Shown: positions 36,081-50,796, numbered from the stretch's first letter. The stretch: DNA of 64,000 bases from Chara braunii (GCA_003427395.1 BFEA01000029.1:5185085-5249084); one strand, 5' to 3'. The notes: a model not told the origin generated them from the letters alone. Program-made: numbers and translations.

Positions 36081-37780
36081 TTTTGGGGAGATCGTACTTT
36101 TTTTTGTAACTTCACGATGCTCCTTATTCGCGCACACTTTGTTGCGCTTTGTCCTGCACTTTATTCCCCTTGCGCATTGATTCCAATCTCAATTGTAAAT
36201 TCCTCTTCTTCCTTTTTGGCGAGTTCGGGTGTATCTTCTCCCTCTTGGCTTTTCTTGGCGCCGAAACATGCGGTCCCTTCCCCTTCGTCTCATGGGCCAG
36301 AGCGGTACATGACTGGATCGATGTGTGGAGAGTGGTTATGTCCCTCGCGCCACGCCACGCCGCGGCCTAGGCATGTCGACCATATGCACCTCGTTCCTTT
36401 CTCGCTCCCCCTGCCTAGCGTAAACCCGACTAGCTTGCGCAAATGCTAATTGCTATAAATTTCGCAAGTGTGACTAAATCGCTCTCTAATGTAAACTTGG
36501 GGGAGTTAGCATGGTCGAGAGGATCGGCTAACAAGTGTGAGCATCCAAAGAGGCGAGTTCGCAGTTGGGGGATCCGATGAGCTGGTGGCCTCGACGGACC
36601 GTGGAGCACGGGCGAACCCGGTGTGAGTACTCGGGCTAAGCGGAATGACAACTATGGGTTGTTGGCAGGTGCGAGGCGACGGACTGCTTGCATCGGAGTA
36701 AGGAGGAGGATGGTGAAGCAGTGAGAGCGCGCGGGGCGCTGGGGTATGTGGGGACTTCTCTCCTTGCCTTCTATAAATTTTGGTTTCGGCTTTCACCATT
36801 TTTGCCTTTGTAATTTCGGACTTTTGTACGATTGTGTGGATCCCTCCTTTCTTCCGAGTTTCTCTCATATTTCTTTCCTTTTATGGATGATGTCATGTGT
36901 GATGATTGCTGCTTGATGGTCTCAATTTTGTATGTATAATTCCTGTTTATGTTGGAGGATTGAATGATTGGGAAACGTGGATGCATGCATAACCGTAGTC
37001 CGATGGAATTGAAGGGAAATAGAGAAGTTGGTCGCCTTGAGTTCCTTTGTGAACGGATCCCATGCCACGTGTATACGTTACTGTCGGCCAGTAAAACGGT
37101 CCGTCATGTACACGCTCGCTTGCGTAAGTCGCCCACATCCGGGTTGTAGTACTGGTATATTTCTGCATGGATAGAAACAACAACATTAATGTGAATTCGT
37201 AGCATGGAATTCGGTGTCCCGTTTCAATTGACGGATTGTGAGTACTCTATCAAACGTTGCGCTTCGTCTCGCGGACTTGTACCGAGGTTGAGCATCGAAA
37301 ACACAACCTTCGACTGAGACCGTCCACGTCAGACTCTGATCTCTTTGAATCCTGTAGACACCATGTGTTGAGCAGCGAGATACCAATTGTGTTTTTTCCA
37401 TACACCACATACGGACCAGTCCTAGGCGTCAAAATCGTGAGTACCCGGCCGTGAAGGCCGTTGTCGAAGGGCGTGGTGTCCCGACCCTTCGTGGCGTACT
37501 AGGCTCCCTGCTCACAAACCTCCACGGTATACTAGGCACACCTTGCACGTGCACCTGTCATAATCATCACTTTGCTACAGAATTGGTCCAGTTAGCAGTC
37601 CCATGATAAAAAGGTGTGGGTGCACCGTTGGACTTTCCTTTGGTCCACACACTCTCGGCGCTCTACTGTACAACTGAGCACTATGCCTTGTGGTCGTGGT
37701 AGCCGTCGTGCTCGTCCAGGGATGTGAAGGTAGAAGGATCAACGCGGTTTTTTCTATTGCGCGCCGAGTCCTCTCTAGTC
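36080..37780 (+). mobile_element. Continuation of the family-2 LTR (TATAAAT 36454-36460) with decayed embedded ORF; right end unresolved
   Basis: 36095-36415 matches 55710-55948, and 36415-36770 matches 58382-58766. Confidence 0.7.
37130..37454 (+). pseudogene. LTR-embedded ORF, copy 1 (frameshifted)
   Basis: SRTCTEVEHRKHNLRLRPSTSDSDLFESCR aligns to YRTRGEDEHKERVTRLRPFTSDSELCNECR of 58965-59447. Confidence 0.6.
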
Positions 37781-40569
37781 AAGTTATGGAACAAGTCTGA
37801 CAGTCACGATCAAAGTAAAAGAAAAAGGAAAAGAAAAGAGAGAAATAAAAGGGGGGGGGAAAAGGAAATATAATTTGGAAGCGTCATTTTTCAGATTGCG
37901 GCTTTGCTTAATCGGAACGTCTGGGGTGATTGCGGCATTACGTATTTCTGTTTTCCTTGTTGTTGTTGTTGTTTTCAACCTTAGTTCCCCTTTTAGTTAT
38001 TTCTTAAGGGAACGGACGGTTCAATTTCAAATTTGTGATTACGCATTGGCGGCCTAGACTGCCCGACCCCATGCGTTTCAGTTGTCGTGAATGTGACCTA
38101 CTAAGCCTCACGATGTAGGAATCTCAAACGGGAGAACCCATGGCCCCTTCAGTAGGAGGCTTATCACTCCCCGTGGAAGGTCATAAGCCCCCTCCTTGCC
38201 ATCGGACATGGGTATCCATTAGGAGTAACCCGATGGTCTCCTTTGAAGGGAAGAAAAGACAGATCAGTATCCTGTTATGGGACCACTGCGTGCCTGCCTG
38301 TAGCCTTTTCATATTAACGTGCGTAGAATGTGGGTGTTGCTAACAGACGAACATTGATTAGTGTATACAAGGGAGTGAGTAGTTATTATTGGGACTAAGT
38401 GTGAACTATTATAGCGAGCGGCTATGGCCTGTCGAAACGGGCTGCTCGGCTATAAGCCGGACTGTTGGAGGTTTTTAACTCGATGGTCTCTGGAGGTCGG
38501 TGAAAGCTCTTGGATATTATTCAAGTTATCCTGAATTACGATGGCAATGATGCAGAGTTGAAAATTAATGTAGAAGGGGCTAGAGAGGAGGAGATGAGGA
38601 TGGACCAGAAGCTGCAGGCAGTCGTGACCTCAATCAGAACTACCACACGTGAGCAGCAACGCCTATACCGCGATTTAGAGGTTGAGAGCGAGGTCAGCGG
38701 CGCGGAGACTCAATCTTGGCACAGTCTGGAGCAATGGAAGCAGGACACCTACCAACCGAGTCTATGGAAGAGGGCCCAAGGGCGAATTCACGTCGAGAGA
38801 GGCGCTAAGCGGTGAGCAGGCAGTTACAGGGCCAAGACGGGAAAGTGAGGTATATGGGGGTTACGAGCAACGTTAAGGGAGGCAAAGGGAAAAGGGACTT
38901 TTGTGAGAGTGCAGAGCGATCTGTGCCGACTCGTTGATTTCATCCTCGTCTGGTTATTGAGCTACGAGCAGAGTCGGTGAAGTTTGCAAGGGGCTACAAA
39001 CTGTGAGATGGCAACTTGGACCCAGGGGTATTGTGGTGCGCTCAAGCTATAGAAGTCAGACTTTCACGAGATATACGAGTGAGGAGCTAACGTGTTTTTC
39101 TCACTGACGCCATCACCCTATATTGTTGATTTTGTCTCAATCATGCGAAGATGGAAACAAGTGAGTGAACGAGGTACCAATAATGTGAGTGAGGGTTACG
39201 GCGTACGGGTCATGCAAGATCTTGAGGGGATATGAGATCGTAACCGGTATGAGTATACTGTGAGTATACGGATGATGGCATTCGAACTATTTTCTCCAGC
39301 TCCTACATACCAATCGGGAGCAGACACGCTGCAGTGAGGAGTCTACCTGATTGGAGCGAGAAACGAAAGTCTGGTACGGTAAACGAACTGAAAGGGGGTA
39401 TCACCTGAATCAAACATGTGGGGACCTCTCTCATTCCATGACTGCCACAATAACTTTAGAGTAGATGTTTGGGAAGCCGGTGGATGAATTGAGAACTTAG
39501 TTTAGCAGAGTGAGAGCTCTGGCAAGAAAGCCCTCACATGAGCTAGTAGTTGACGTCACTTTCTTTTATCACCCGTTCGCTCGGTTTCGCCATCGCATGA
39601 CTATCCATTTTCGCTATCGCTTTGATTTACGCATGATTATTAGTGCAGTGCAAGATGGTAGGTGCGCGAGAGAACACTTGAGATCAGTGCCTAGCAATGA
39701 AACTGGGGCCGAGACAAGTTACACAATGGTTACAGGCAGTGAGTGATAGTAGAGGGGGTTGTTAGAAGGGAGAACGGACGCACTAGGCAACACACGAAAG
39801 AGAGTGTGCTAATATGAAGTTGAACGAGGACCTCAATTTTGTAGGAAATAGTGAGCATGTACATTGTCATTGATGTTGCATGTTACCGACTATGGCTTGC
39901 ATTAATCTTCATCTCTGGAGTAGAAAATTGATTACAAATGCGTTGAACAATGTATTTGCAGTAGGTATAAGCAGGGTAAGTAAAGGTTTTCACCACTTTT
40001 TTTCGTGAGGAATAAGCATGTTCATAATGTAATTTGGTTTTGACTGAGTTATCCCTATGCTTCTTTAGTCATCACGTACATCCTTGAGAGTGCTTTATTG
40101 GCTATGAGGTAAGAGCATCAATGATCCATGAGATGCGAGTTACGTACTATTCTGAGTATTTACTGTGAGTGAAAGCATTTGACTTCGATGATTCACCGTC
40201 GAGAGTTGCACGAAGAGTGACAACTTGAGCAGCTCATCACCGATGTCTTCTAAAAGTTGAACTGCTCATTTACCAATGGTCAAGCTATAATTATTGTCGT
40301 GTGATTTCCATTGTTGGTTTGTCAAGTCCATTCGAGCATGATCCTGCACCACTATGAACGAGCTAAAGATGAAGCAAACCCGAGAAATTTAGTTGTTGAG
40401 GTCAACAATTTTTTTTTTGTGAGTAACCGGCCATCAATGTTGGCTCTAGTTACCAGTGTCATCATCACTACCATAGAGGGGAACTTTTCGTGCTTGCAAC
40501 GCCCTGTGAGAAGCAATTACAAGCAACGAGTTGCTTGTCAGAACCAGGCAAAGGTTGTCAAGGTCACAC

Positions 40570-41070
40570 CAGGTAGCAAATCTGGATACCCGACAGACCA
40601 AGTTTATCCGGAATTTTCAATCCGGATGAAACTTCTGAATTAATTATGAATATGGAAAATCCGGCCTTGCGCAAAATATATTTTTTTTAACTGAAAACAA
40701 AAAGTATGAAAAAAAGAATGTTGTTCATATAAATTATATGAACAACGTTTGGCTTGAGGACATCTTTGATATATCAACAGATATAAAGATAAAACATAAA
40801 ACATAAAAATATATATATATATATATATATAAAATAAATTAAGCATCCCCCTCTAAACCCTTTTATTTCCTGTCTTACCCTCTTTGGACCCTTTCATGCC
40901 CTATCAAGCTTTTCATAAAATAGGAACGTAGTTCTATTGTATTTTCCATGCGCAATATCACTTTTTTATCTTTTTTTTTTAATCATCCGGATTTCCGGAT
41001 GATCCTACCCCCCAATAATCCGGCAAGATAATCTGCCCAGATTATCCAGCCAGATAACATGTGCTCCGTA
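40570..41070. mobile_element. Possible MITE with atccgga subterminal motifs and AT-rich core
   Basis: atccggaat…atccggatga on the left is inverted relative to tcatccggatttccggat on the right; no TSD found. Confidence 0.4.
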
Positions 41071-44000
41071 GCATAATTAGAGCTTACAGACGATTGAATC
41101 TCTTGAGTGATAGATTTGAGGGGGAAAGAGAGATTCGGATTGATAAACCTTGCTGAGCAGAATTCGGGAAGATCACCAGTTAACAGTGTTTTTGTCAAGG
41201 AAGGCGAGAAACTAGATAACAAATAAGGTTTCTGATTGCTCTTCAAAGGCATTTTACACTTTCCATTTTTCACTACTTTTACTAATTTTCTCTTTGCGAA
41301 TCTTTCTCACAACCGTGTGATCATGAAATGGTTACCAAGTCAGCTCAACTAAATTTAATGTGCCTTCAGATTGTTGGTACTCTTATAAAATTATAACATT
41401 CTAAGTTCTATATTGATAAAGTGATGTTGTATCCTTTGAGCCAACTCTGAGTCAAAAGGCAACATGATCCTGTTTTTTCACCGTGACCCACGTGTAATGG
41501 GCAAAAGGAAGTCTGTTTTTAGGGAAATCGCTTATCTTCTACCCAAACATATGTTTGATGGTGATTAGAGTTAGAGAAAGTTTTTGTATACAAAGTTCAA
41601 TTGAAGGATCAATCGCGCAGACAATGTTCAAAACTGAACCGTTTATAAGTTATTAACTATAACCCCTTTATCTCCTTTAATGAGTACTAAATAGCATTTT
41701 GTGCATTACCCGCTCAAGGTTACCGTGATTAAAAACCTGTGTATTATTCAAGCGGACGTCATTGTTTATCATATTTTTGCGCACTATGTGAATCATGGTA
41801 ACCACTGATGAGTCCCACACTCAAAGAGTATTATACCAAGTATGAACGAACGGATTATGAAAGGCTCGTTAATGTATACAGACGTCATTCTAAAAAGGGA
41901 TTTCATACTACATGTGGATAATTAATTACCCTTGATGGTTAGCATTGCGCATAACTCTATACTTGGTCAAACTCATTTGCGAAACTTGCTATGTAAGTCG
42001 GAACCAACTGAACCCCATAGTGTAAGTCAGGCTCGGCAGGACCATACGGTGTGCTCGTGAGAATACTTAATAAGACTTTGTAGGAAAGCACAACGGTAAT
42101 CATCTGTAGAATGTAGTCTGACCCTCATCCGTCAGATCAATAAGTAGCGAGGATCCACCTGACTAGTAAAAAGGTCAAGATTTTCCATTAAGTTTAGTAA
42201 ACTGTCAGGATCTGCCAGATTAGTGTGCAGCCAGGAGCCACACCTGGCATAGGGCAATGGATCAGCAATCAGTCGACTCGTAGCCAAGCAGTTCATGTGC
42301 CGAAAGTAACACATGACTCTCTTTGATTCCTTCTCAAAAGTGATCATGTGCCTTTTGCATTCTTAATGAAAAACAATCTCAGATGAAAGTGAAGCTCAAG
42401 GCCGGTTTGACCACAAGCATGAATAATACATGGGTTGAGTTTGCCCCTCACTTTGCCCTACATAAAGTGCACGAATAAAGAACACACCCAACCAAGTTCT
42501 GTACAGTACGTGAATGAGAATAGAATCCGGTTACCTCCCATGTTATATCTGAACTAAGACTTCGCTCAGTTGCATTCCCGCTTTGCGAGAGAATTAAGTT
42601 ATTTTTACTGTGCAGTTTAATACTGTTTCCACTAGTAAAATAATCAGTAAAAATGTTATTAGTGACTTTATCTTTCCATAACCAGCTATGTGTAGGGAGT
42701 TTTAGTGTCTGGTTGCCTACTCTAATTCCTAGTGAAAGACAAGTTGTCAAGAACCGAACGCAACGACTCTTCAACAATTTTTCACTTACTATGCCCTAGC
42801 CAGTGCTTAATCAAAGGTAAGACCTATCAACGGTAGTCTGTTATGGACAAATCAGTTGTAACTCAACTTTCACGACATGACAGACAAAAATATTATCGCC
42901 ATGCCCAACGCTCTGTATATTGGCAAAGTAGATGAATGAAAGGTTAAAGTGTTTGAGAAGACGGAAAAGTATAAAAGGATAATGAGGGATATTGCAGTTG
43001 GGAGAGCAAGAAACCGACTCGAGTTTATAGAGTATGTATCTCACATTCATGGATTATATGAGAAAAATGTATGGTATGACTTCATCTTTTGAGACAGTTC
43101 GAAGAGCAAGAAAGAAAATTAATGTCCAGTGGACGTAGATCAGAGCAACACCCACCTTTGAATCCTCTTTAATGATCCATTAAGTACTCAACTTCAACAA
43201 GGAAATATCTTTACTTTCAGCAACATCACCAACAATAGATAACAATCAACCTTCCTGCATTTTATATCAGACAGATAACTACTGACGGAATTTGAAGAGA
43301 CTGAAGATATTCTGACACGACCCTAGTCAGGTTCCTCTTGATGGTTTTCAGAATGAACTAATTCGTACATCTGCAACAGGACGCAATAATCAAAATTAAT
43401 TGTCACACAAAATCTATCAGTTTGTTTCCTGATCAACATTAGTCAGTCAATACTCACTCTAAAGACACTCAGATCACTTTTAGTATTCGTCTTCGCATAC
43501 GAGTACAGTTCAATCATTTCTGATCAGTAGATCAACTTTGACCAACTTCAACAAGATTGTTTTTAAGGATGTTTTTTTGTAATGATATGTTAATGCAATC
43601 GACTTCAGACAGAAAAATATGTCAATCTTCGTGGTCCTCATTGAGTTTGCAGAAGGTATTATTCACGAGTTAAGGATCTACGAGAAGAAAGGCAAGGAAA
43701 CACATGAGCACTTTAATTCAGTTTGGGTCTCAGCACTCAAATATCTTGAGGAGAGAGAGCGAGAGTTTGCCGAGAATGGTACAAAGTTGATCCTAGCTTT
43801 GGATCCAAGCTCAACACTGATTATCCAGGTCTCCGATTCCTTTTCTCCTCACAGATGACTCTCACTTGCGTGACCCGATTGAATTTGCCAAAAGGTACAT
43901 CTCCCATGCAAAGATTGATTATGAGGTAGTGACTGAACCATCAGAGTTTCGACATCCCAGACGAGGGATCTTCTCCAAGCCATACCTTCCTACTTTGTAC

Positions 44001-44734
44001 GACGAGTTCTGTGCTATGTTTGATTTATGAATCCTTGGTTTTAGATGAACCTATTCTGAAATTGTTGGTTTTAGGTGGCTCTACATCTCTAAGCCACAAT
44101 CTCAGGAGGCGCATAGGCATGGTCCAAAGCGCACGAGACGCACAATCAAATGAGAGATTGAGGATAAGACCTGAGAGGGAAGAGTGAGGACTCTTGATGA
44201 GTGTTGACCATGTTTATGCATCTGTGTTTTCTGATATTATTATGAGTTTTCACCTTTCCTCATTCACTTTGTCTTTGGTTTGTATCAATTACTCTTTACT
44301 AGTTTGCATTGACATTGTCTGAGATTATGCTCTTGCTGATCTTGTCACAGTTCTCAAACCTCTGAATTGGCAACCATGATATACACATAGTATATTCAAG
44401 TTCAATAATTTATTATCTGCATAATCATTGCTATTCCGAATCATAATTGAAGATTCAAAAAACCGGGTACCGACGTAGACCGTAATTGAAGGGTCTCACT
44501 CGAAGCCGGACGCACACAATACGAAGGGATCTGCATTAACTATTTCAATTCTTTATTGCAAAAATCATCAAGAACCCTGCGTGACAGACTGTTGGCTTTC
44601 CGATCGCCAAAAGTGGCCTTGCTGGGAAAAAGTGCGACACTGCGAATTGAAAAAGTCTCATATCGTAAAAAAGAAGAAGAAGAAAAGAAAAAAACCCTTC
44701 CGTTCGAAACCCTTTGCATGTCTGTCCTTGGAAC

Positions 44735-44875
44735 CTTAACACAAGAGATGTCAGTTCCGACCTGGGACTCCACCCCACTTTCCAAAATTTTTTGGCATAC
44801 CCTCTTTTTGCAACTTCTGGGCCCGCTCCCACTCCGATCAGGAAGTCGCACTGGGCGTGAGGTTAAGGCGTCACA
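44735..44875 (+). mobile_element. 3' terminus of a family-2 LTR (…ggcgtgaggttaaggcgtcaca)
   Basis: Inverted homologue of 55949-56085. Confidence 0.75.
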
Positions 44876-46336
44876 TGGCGGTGTACCTCCCCATGTTATA
44901 AGCAAAGATTCATTTTCATTTTGCATATTTGGAATACAAAACATATGGCGTTGTACCTGCTCATATTCTAGGGGAAGATTCATTTTCATTTTGCATACTT
45001 GGTAAGTGGTGGAAGTCAGGTCCAAACCGTATCACATTCTATACAAACACAACATCATCAATTTCAGCAGTCTTTGAGTCTCGCCACACCACTCCCAAAA
45101 TGGGTGTTTCTGGGAGTGCATATGGGCATTTCCAGGCGTGCAGCATCGCCACACCAGCTCCCCGATGCAATGTGTCACAAACACAACATCACCACTTTCA
45201 GCCTCGCCACAACATTTCCGGGAGTGCAGTGTCGCCACACCAGCTCCCAGATGCAATGTGTCAGATTGTTTTCGGGACCTGTCAACATGTAGGACCCAAG
45301 AGCACTCCGGGAGCCTCCCGCACTACCTCCGAAGGATTGGAGCTAGATAGGACAATAAACTTGTGTCAGAATACACCACAATGAACTTAACAGCATGTCA
45401 AATTGAATTCGGGAGCTGTCAGCATGTAGGACCCAAGAGCACTCAGGGAGCCTCCCGCCCTACCTTCGAAGGAGTAGAGCTCGATACGACAATAAACTTG
45501 TGTCGGAATACAACACACTGAACTTGGCCACAAGCCGCCGAGGGGCAACTGTTAGTTCACAATTTCGGATTCGAGAGCACCCCGTTCCGGAGTGCAGTGT
45601 GGCGAAGGGCACTCCTGACTGGGATTTTTTCCTCCGAGAACACTCCTTGAAATTTTCCAGAATCCGAGAGTGGTGAGGCGAGGCCCTTTACCAAGGCCCC
45701 TCTTCCCAATCCAACAAAATGCCGAAAACATTAGAGAAACGATAACCAAAATAAGAAGAAAAAGAAAGGAAAATCGAAAGGGAAGATAGGAGGTGCCTAA
45801 CAGAGATCTTTGTTTATTCCTGTTTCTTTTTCAAAAAGCCTAACAGCGTTTGCAATTAACTTTGCTTAAAAAAAAATAAAAAAAGGGGAAAAAAATAAAC
45901 AAATAAAAAAAGATTTTTTTTCCTTCTTCAAAAAGTTATCTTCTCCTCATCAGGGAGAAGGCATATATTTTTCTCTCACCTCACATATTTTTAACTGGCT
46001 TTCTGTCATATCCTGTATCTTTCTTTCACTACCTACCTACCACTGCTCCTAAGGCTGTACAGGGGACCCCTGCAAGCATAGCTTTCCACCTCTCTTCGGT
46101 GAAGGGAGGTCACTGAGAGACGTAACGCCGTGTTTGCCCCTTCGCCTTTAACCTTCTACACAATACCAAGCAAGGAAAAAAAACAAAAGAAAAGTGTTTT
46201 TTTTTCCCCTTTTTTCAAGTTTTTTGAAAAAAGCAAGGAGTTTCATTAAACGACCAAGATGATGTTAGAACAACTCTAACATTGGACTACCAGAAAAGAG
46301 TTTTCATGATAATGAATTCCTTGCATTTGTTCAAGT

Positions 46337-47740
46337 CTGGGTAACACCACGTACGCGTATGCGGTGCGTAACCGTAGATGTCTGAAAACCTGCATACGTA
46401 TACATGGTTATTTTTTTTAAAATATATATAAGGTATATATAATATATATAGTCCGTATTAGTCAGTACAATATATATAGTCAGAATATACTCGGTATTAG
46501 TCAAGGAGGAGGAGGAGGGGGAGGAGGAGGAGGAAGATGGCGATGAGGAGGAGGAGGAAGACGACGATGAGGAGGAGGAGGAGAAGGAGGATGGTGATGG
46601 GGAGGAGAAGGAGGATGACGATGGGGAGAGGAGGAAGATGATGCTGGCGAGTGTCGTCTTCCTCCTCTTGCCCATCGCCAGTTTCCTCCTCCCTATCGCA
46701 ATCTTCTTCGGTGATGAGGAGGAGGAGGAGGAGAAGGAGGATGGTGATGGGGAGGAGAAGGAGGATGACGATGGGGAGAGGAGGAGGAAGATGATGCTGG
46801 CGAGTGTCGTCTTCCTCCTCTCGCCCATCGCCAGTTTCCTCCTCCCCATCGCAATCTTCTTCCTCCTCCTCCTCCTCCTCCTCCTCCTCCTCATCGCCAT
46901 CTTCCTCCTCCTCATCATCGCCATCTTCCTCGTACTCCTCCCCATCGCCATCTTCTTTCTCCTCGTCCGCCTCCTCTGCGTCACGACTCTTCCTCCTCCT
47001 CGATATCTTCTTCCTCCTCTGAATCGTGATCTTCTTCCTGTTTCTCCTCCTCCTCCTCCTTCTGCGATCGCGATGGGGGGAGGAGGAGGGAGGAGAAAGA
47101 AGATCGCGATGGGAGGAGGAGGAGGGAGAAAAAAGATCGCAATGGAATAGTAGTAGTAGGAGAAAGATGGCGATGGAGTAATAGTAGTAGGAGGAGGAGA
47201 AAGATCGGTTGTGGGAGCAGGTGGAGGAAGAAGATCGACTGGAGGCGGCGGAGGAGGAGGAAGAGGAGGACCCATTAGGTGTTTAAAACTTACCTTCACG
47301 ACGAGGTCGATGACAATCAATAGCGACGGCTACTGCGCACGTGACGCGATGGGCAATGGCGACGGGCGATGGCGACAGCCGATGGCAATAGGCAATGGCA
47401 ATAGGCGATGGCGATAATCAATGGCGACTCCTCAGGCACTCCCCCAACGAGACCCCCGACCGGACCTTTTCCCCGCGTTCTGCCAAACCCTGAACTCCGA
47501 AATCGTGGGCGGACGACGCACACCCTGACCGGACCCCCTCCTCCCGTCACTCCCCTGACCTCCCCCAGTGTCGACAAATCCCCCCCTGGCCAAAAACTGG
47601 CCTAGATATGACCTGCGACGACCACGTATGCGGGCCCCATTTTTGTGTACGTGCACACACGTCCGCGGTACGTATGCTCATATGTGCATACACGTTTGCA
47701 CGTCCGCGGACCCCACATACGCGTATGTCGTGCAACCTAG
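46337..47740. mobile_element. Non-autonomous hAT-like element
   Basis: Imperfect TIRs (ctgggtaacaccacgtacgcgtatg vs reverse complement ctaggttgcacgacatacgcgtatg) and 8-bp TSD gttcaag(t/c) at 46329-46336 and 47741-47748. Interior is GGA/TCC low-complexity sequence. Confidence 0.75.
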
Positions 47741-49999
47741 GTTCAAGCTTCAATTTCCGTTGTTAAATGTTGAAACCTTGGGGTATTGACTACGGTTGTG
47801 AATCTTGCATCAGTGCTTGTTTTGGTAATTGTGAATTGATTGTCAATCGATTTCCCCCCCAAAAAAGAAACAAAAAAAAGGAAAGAAAAAAGAAAACAAA
47901 CGGAACAGCGCAGCTCTGCTGGCTGCTCAAGATGGATATCTCCGGACTGCCGCTGGGGACCACCTTTTTCATCTTGTACAAAAGAATAAAAACTAAATTT
48001 GGTTTAGTGAATGAAAAGCCCCACTTACCTACCGCTACTCCTAAGGCTATACAGGCAAACCTGCAAGCATAGTATTCTACCTCTCCTCTGTGAAGGGAGG
48101 TTACATTGCTCGGGGGAGAGAGGTAAGGGCTTGTGTTCCATGGCCGAACGCCTGTTAAAAAATATGAGAGGTGAGAGAAAAATATGACTGTCCCCCAATG
48201 AAGAGAAGGCAGCTTTTTACAAAAAAAAGAGTAGTCCCACTTACCCTAATCCTTCATTTCTGACCGTAGATTGAAGACATCGAAGTCAGAATTGAAGAAT
48301 TTCTGCTAGTGGGACCTGGCTCCACGACTGTGGTACACATGGCCTTCAAAACCTGTTGTGTTCGTTTGACGGAAAGGTCGACAAAGAAAAATAGAAGCCA
48401 GACGATTAGAGGAATTCTTCTTCATTTCTGATCGTTGATTATGAAGATCCACGGCTGTCGGTAGGGATCCGGCCATGAGAAGACGAGAGTGTGCAAATGC
48501 TGCTTGGCAGCTACTTTTTTTTCTTTTTTTTTTTAAAGTGAGCTACATTCTTCTCTCAAATTTCACCGGAACCCATAGCAGCCGGAACTGTGTTCAGGAG
48601 AGAACATGCGGGGCCTGCTCCCACCCAGGGGACAGCCGGTAGCATCAGCGACCATGCCAACAAGACAATCCCTCTGCCTCCCGTAAGGTCCCCTCCATCA
48701 GACTCTGCTCAATGCCAATCAGGGGATCCAGTGGTCATCTCTAGGTGGTGGGCACCAAGCATGCCCAGGAAGGTACATGAGGCCAATGGAGATTGAACCC
48801 ACGACCTCATGAATGCCACTTGCAAGCCTTTCCTTTTTTTTAAATAATCTGGACCATTTTTCGATTTCAAGTTATTTATACGTGTCATCCTCGCGCAGGG
48901 GCATTGCTAATCTGCTAACCTTCTCTACCAACTCCCACCATGATGGTGCTTTGCAAGCCAGCGGATGCACACTACCACCCCCCCGGCAGGGGCCAAAGAC
49001 CCCGCAAACCCTCTCTCAACCTCGCGATTTAGGGTGCTCCACTTCCCCAATCAGCATCAGCTTCACCGCCCTCCATGATGAAGTCCCAGCAGAGGTGCGC
49101 TGAACCATCAATCCCTTAAAAACGGACGAAAACAATCCCCAAAACGAAGTGCAAAAAGACGCCACAACAACATGTACAACCAAACCAACACAAACACCCT
49201 ACCTCCCGCACAGCAGGGACCACGACTCTACAAGCCCTCCGACCTCCTCGCGACACAGGGCGAACTGCTCCACAATCCGCTGCTTCTCCCTAAGAAACCC
49301 CACGGCCCACCATGACGGGGTTTCTGCAGAAAGAAGCTCCCCCATTCATCTCCCTGCTAAAACTATGCAACAACACAACAAAGGGAACAGAAGGACCAAA
49401 TAGAATGCCTAAAATGGAACAAAAGCTATTACCAAACGAAAGCACAATGGACTGCCTAAAATGGAACAAACGCTATTACCAAACGAAAACACGATCAAAA
49501 TGATAGTCGCAAACACAAGTAGGTCTACTCACCCAAAACACCTCTCTCCCACAACAGAGGTAGACCCCAATACTAACGACACTCCATCAACAAGACGTCA
49601 AAAAAAAACTCCCAGCCAAACATGGAGAGAGATTAAAACCACGGCGCCCAGCCAATCGTCATGCCTAAAACGGCAATCACAAAACGGATGTCCCGAAGGA
49701 CAATGATGATATCTCAAGGCCGTTACCCTCTTTTAAAAAAAGAGATGAAAAAAAAAAGAAAAAGACGGAACGAGTCTTTTTGGGCGGCCCTCTTCCCCGC
49801 TGTGTCTGTCGTACTGCAAATTAACTACACAGCACCGTCCCCTTACCACCGAGGCGAGCACAAAACTCGGCCATTGGCTCTGACGTTCCAGTCGCAATAT
49901 ATATATAAATAGAAAAGGCTAATTCTTTAAGCCTGACCAATTCAATTGCCTGTCGAATCTGGACAGGATGGCCTTTCAGGCCTTTTTTATTGTCATTAT

Positions 50000-50796
50000 C
50001 AGGGTTGCCAGGCCGAGCGTACGGAGGCCCCTAAGCTGACCCCCGAACGTTCGGGTGTTCGGGTCCCCGTACGGGGCCCGAACCTGCAGGGGTTCGGACC
50101 CTGCAAAAAAATATTTTGGCACCTACATATTATTTTGTTTTTTCTGAATTGTTTTCTGTGAGTTCTTTGTGATGTAAGGTATCTCCCTCTTAATTTTGAA
50201 GCCATTCTGTTGAGCCAAAAAAAAAACGAAAAATCGACAAAGATGGTGGTGTCAAAACTTACTTGCCCACTCACTAATTTCTTTTCTCTCTTTTCACTTT
50301 TTGTTTTTCCTCTATTTCGGGGCATCGAAAAAAATATTATTTTTTCAAACTTTATTTGTAGATTCTATATTATGTAAGATACACACATATAAATTTTCAT
50401 TGCTTTTGAAAAAAAAAGAAAAATCGCCAAAGATGGCGGTGTCAAAAACGTGCTCGCCCACTTAATAATTTCATTCTCGTTTTATTTTTTCCAATTTTCA
50501 TTATTATTATTTATTTTTAGTATTTTGGTTTTTATTTCGAATTTGGTAAAGAATTTGGATGTAACGTTGAGGCAAATGTTGTTCAGTTTACTCTTCTGCA
50601 TAACATTTTTGTTTTTCAGATTTTTTGGAATTCGTTTTCCTTTTTTTTTTTTTTTTTTTTTTTTTTTNTTTTTTTTTTTTTTTTTTTTTTTGTGGATCTG
50701 CGTTCGGCCGAATGGCCGAACGCGTCGAGAGGGGGTGCCAAACGTTCCGGCGTTCGGGTTCGGGCGTTCGGCCCATCCCGAACGCCGGCAACCGTG
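50000..50796. mobile_element. hAT-like MITE
   Basis: Termini cagggttgcc / ggcaaccgtg, clustered ccgaac/gttcgg subterminal motifs and an AT-rich core; TSD not evident. Confidence 0.6.

Noticed and set aside
41800-41860. Hammerhead ribozyme core (ctgatgag; also near 58540 and 60182)
   Set aside because: No correctly placed GAAA or closing helices.
38080-44500. Highly degraded retroelement or other coding remnant
   Set aside because: Only vague integrase-like hints near 41.5-42 kb; no motif or termini I can support.
9598-44875. 44875 as the right end of the LTR that starts at 9598
   Set aside because: Same family and orientation, but the flanks (cata vs tggc) do not form a TSD; left unresolved.
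46331-47320. 329-aa and 170-aa ORFs
   Set aside because: Trinucleotide low-complexity sequence inside a non-autonomous element.
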